From: Anolis carolinensis
Lineage: Eukaryota
DNA length: 64,000 nucleotides
Direction of reading: 5' to 3'
Assembly (NCBI RefSeq): GCF_035594765.1
Contig: NC_085842.1
Span: 154,269,036-154,333,035, forward strand
The notes beneath the pieces are model-generated. The model saw only the letters and a list, made by a program, of their open reading frames with translations, did no database searches and was not told where the DNA came from. Shown here piece by piece: positions 60,284 to 64,000 of this stretch (position 1 is the first letter of the stretch; each line of letters begins with the position of its first letter). A program made the position numbers and the translations under genes.

Positions 60284-62057
60284 GAAGAAGTGGCTCTCCA
60301 CTGTGTAGATGCAAGATCTACAAATCTTGTGATACCATGCCTATGAGGCTTCAATGTGGCAGCATCACTGTGCAATTTTTTTAAAAAAAAAATATTAAAG
60401 GGGGGAGTGACTTACACAGAAATTATAATGAATTGGGTGGAGCAAGCTTCCATGGTGTGATGAGTAAATATAGATTACTTTAAACAGTAAGAATTTCATG
60501 TGATGGAGGTGTATATATCCTGTCAGGTTCCTGTAAGCATCCTGTTGTTTAAAAATGCATACTGATGAAGCGTTTTAAAGTTTAAATGGGATGAGATCCT
60601 AAGTCTACTCTTTTTCTGTATTAAAACCTTTTCTCCACACACTGATGATGCTTGGCCACATGTGTCCCAGCTTTCATCTGTGAAATATTTGAGCATATGG
60701 CACATATAATATTATGCTTCTGAAATAGAGGAACTGACTACTGCATGTTTTGCTTTAGGGAAGAACCAGCATGACAGGCCCAGAGTGTATGTCTAGGAGG
60801 GGATGGGGAATAACCCTCTGGCTTTGTTGCCTGGGTGGGCCCAAAAATGTCTGGAATGCATTACTGTCCGACATTCAGCTGAACCAAAAGATTAATTCTC
60901 CTGTACTAACACTGGTAAACCAAGACCAGCTGAAAGTTAATCAAGCACTGATCCATTCCCCAATCCTTCTAATCACACCCAGCTGCTTTGCAAAACTTTC
61001 GGGGACCAACAACCCCAGGCCAATTTCATAAAAAAAAAACCTAGAAAGCACCCTCACCTTTAGAAGGGCAGAGGAAAGTTAATACAATAAAAATTGATTC
61101 TTTCAATCAAGACACTGTCAAGTGGGTTAGGGAAGTTCTAAAGCTTCCCAGATTAATCTCTTCCCACCTCCCTCAGCAGTCTGTCCCTGTAATGCGTTTG
61201 TTTTGTACCAAAATATTTGCTCGTAAGTTTAACCCAGGTTTCCTTTCCTCCTAGAGTGTACATAGGCGGTGTGCATGTGTGTTTCATCCAGTGCATTCCA
61301 AGTGTCCCTAAATCATTACAAAAACACATGCCATGCCAACAGGGTTTACATTGGCTGAACAATCTCATCTCCTGTTACTTTTCATAATGACTACAACAGC
61401 CATTTGCTCATGCATCCTTTTCCTAGATAAAGGTTGCCTTCTTGGGCAACTTGCAACGTTTTGCTTATGCATCGCAGCAAATAAATTCTAACTCAGAAGG
61501 TAGAAGGGGTGAGGTAGTATGGAATTTGCTCTCCTGCTTAATAACGAGGAACATTTACAAGACCATCCCACCCAACCACTGTTAACGTCTGGATATGAAT
61601 TAATTTGCTGTGATATTTCTGTCAGAAAGTCCTGGACATATTCTAACTCAATGATAGTTAGAAAGTAAATGTAAAAGTAAAAGGATGTGGGAAAAAGTTG
61701 TTGAAGTTCTTTTGGTCATAATAGGGAACATCAGAGATCTCATTATGCCAGTGGGAGACACAGGCCTTAATATTAATGCTCTAACACACTATCAGTCTTC
61801 CAGAACAGCAAATGTGTGAATTTGTGAGGTGGCAAAGGAACCATTTTGGAAATGGTCTGGTGACTTTTCTGGGACGATGATGATAAGAAGAAAAAGAAGA
61901 AGAAATATCTCTTCTCAAGGCTTGAGAAAAACAAGGCAGTGAAAAACACATAATTATAAACATTATACAGAATAGATATATTAAAATATATTTCTATGAA
62001 ATACATACTGGTATACTAAAATAGACAGAGCAAAGATTAAAATACAGTAAATGCACA

Positions 62058-62379
62058 GGGGCTCCTGGTGGCACAGTGCGTTAAAGCGCTGAGCTGCTGA
62101 ACTTGCGGACCAAAAGGTGCCAGGTTCAAATCCCGGGAGCGGAATGAGCACCTGCTGTTAGCACCAGCTCCTGCCAACCTAGCAGTTCAAAAACATGCAA
62201 ATGTGAGTAGATCAATACCGCTCAGGCGGGAAGGTAACAATACTCCATGCAGTCATGCCAGCCACATGACCTTGGAGGTGTCTAAGGACAATGCTGGCTC
62301 TTCGGCTTAGAAATGGAGATGAGCACCAACCCCCAGAGTCAGTCACGACTGGACTTAACATCAGGGGAAAACCTTTACC
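62058..62379 (+). mobile_element. Sauria SINE with 10-bp TSD
   Basis: Collinear with 47131-47465; TSD TAAATGCACA at 62048-62057 and 62380-62389. Confidence 0.9.
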
Positions 62380-62962
62380 TAAATGCACAATATGACCTTA
62401 AAATTCATGGTTAAATATTAACTGCATAGGTCATATGGACAGCTGGTGAGAGAAATTGAACTTGGAGCATTTAAGAACTGAGGTTGAAGGATCAACGGTA
62501 TTAATAACATATGTTTGGCTTCATTAACTTGCAAAAAGGTAGCAGACAAGGTGAGTGGGACTCAGCGCTTGCGTCTGCCATACCAGATAGGTACTATCCT
62601 GATCACCAAACAATGGTGAGAATGGGTAGAACAGTGTTGCCTATGGGAGATAACTGCAAATAATCACATGAGATGAAGGAAGACTTCTTGAATACATTTA
62701 CGTTCCCCATTCACATCTAAAATACCATATATATACCATATAAGCTGACCTCAAGTATAAGTGAAGGGGAGGTTTGATGGTAGAATTATGGATTTTGATA
62801 TGATTCATGGATACATCGAAGGTCATTCCAATGAGATGGGAAAGCACCAATGCTTCTTGAACCTAGTGTGATACTATCGAATTCCAGAGGATTTAACTCT
62901 GGCTAGAAGTGTCATGCTAAATTTTGGAGTGTAGGCATACATTTGACACACCCATACCATAA

Positions 62963-63237
62963 GGAGCCCCCGGTGGCACAGTGCATTAAACCCTTGTGTT
63001 GGCAGGACTGTTGACTTGAAGGTTGGGTTGCTGACCTGAAGGTTGTTGGCTTGAATCCAATCCAGAGAGACGATGGATGAGCTCTATCTATCAGTTCCAT
63101 GTGCAGACAGGAGAGAAACCTCCCACAAGATGGTAAAAACATCTAAGCTTCCTTTGGGCAATGTCCTTGCAGATTACCAATTCTCTCACACCAGCAGTAA
63201 CTTGCAGTTTCTCAAGTTGCTCCTGACATGAAAAAAA
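62963..63237 (+). mobile_element. tRNA-derived SINE with A tail (third family)
   Basis: GGAGCCCCCGGTGGCACAGTG head resembling the Sauria SINE head, duplicated GAC.TGAAGGTTG, ends GTTGCTCCTGACATGAAAAAAA. Confidence 0.6.
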
Positions 63238-64000
63238 TCTCACAACATAGTCAAGATTCCAAGGAGAAGTCAAAATGCAGGTATGTTGATCCATATCAAC
63301 AAATCAGTTTTCAGAACAGATTTTTTGTTGTCTATTCAAGACCAAAGCAAGGCAAACTAGACTGTATTCAAACAATGGCAGATCACAAAAATATTTTTCC
63401 CATTGGAAAAATCCCTGTACATCCCAGGTACTGTGATGTTTACAGTTAAACTCAAAGAGAACCAGATACCTTGGGATAAAAGATAGCAAACGAAGCTATT
63501 ATCCCTGCTAAGCCAAAAGTTCTAGGTCATTGACTCTTTGAGCCTTGCCCCCATGATTCTGTCCGTCTGGAACAGAAATGACATATTAGATGATTACCAG
63601 CTTTTTCTAAAGATATTCATTGGATTTTTAAAAAATAAGGATTGCTCAATTTATGATAATTGTATAATCGCATATTCCTCTAGGGTTCTTTGAGTCAAAT
63701 ATTGACTTTCAGGCAGGTTGTCATCAAACAATGAAACAATAAATTCACTTAGTTTCAAAGCATTAGGGATCTTCTCTCGAATGAAACATTATCAATTTTA
63801 GTCAATGAATATCTCTTTCCCATAACCATCCTCCTTTCAATGGGTTATGGGCTATTCTGCTTGTGAATTATTTCCTACTGATTAACAATTTGTGAAGATG
63901 ATAAGCTTTGGCAACCTTAACAGCAGCACCCACAAATTCAAGAGACAAAGAGATCAGTTTAATTGTTCGTCCCAGCTAGCAGGAATTATCGGTAAAACTA

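Overview
Eukaryotic, non-coding-looking, repeat-rich DNA from a squamate reptile. Sauria-SINE-type, CR1, L2, RTE/BovB, Penelope and Dong/R4 sequences suggest Anolis or a relative; this is an inference, no database search was run. No host protein-coding exon could be identified with confidence. The centrepiece is a complete, apparently very young Ty3/Gypsy chromovirus of the Tf1/sushi group (15036-21456) with 973-bp LTRs, an ATTGT target-site duplication and intact gag and pol. It shows four notable sequence signals: (i) a tRNA-independent self-priming site complementary to the predicted transcript 5' end; (ii) an extended U5-leader helix; (iii) a non-canonical G_GGG_GAA -1 frameshift site with a pseudoknot; (iv) a pol frame that runs about 98 codons into the 3' LTR and ends in an HMGN-like RRSARIAAK motif downstream of a chromodomain. 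The rest is a patchwork of L1, L2, CR1, RTE, R4/Dong, Penelope, SINE, mariner/pogo and Harbinger-type remnants, microsatellites, two assembly gaps and a few weak minus-strand exon/promoter candidates.
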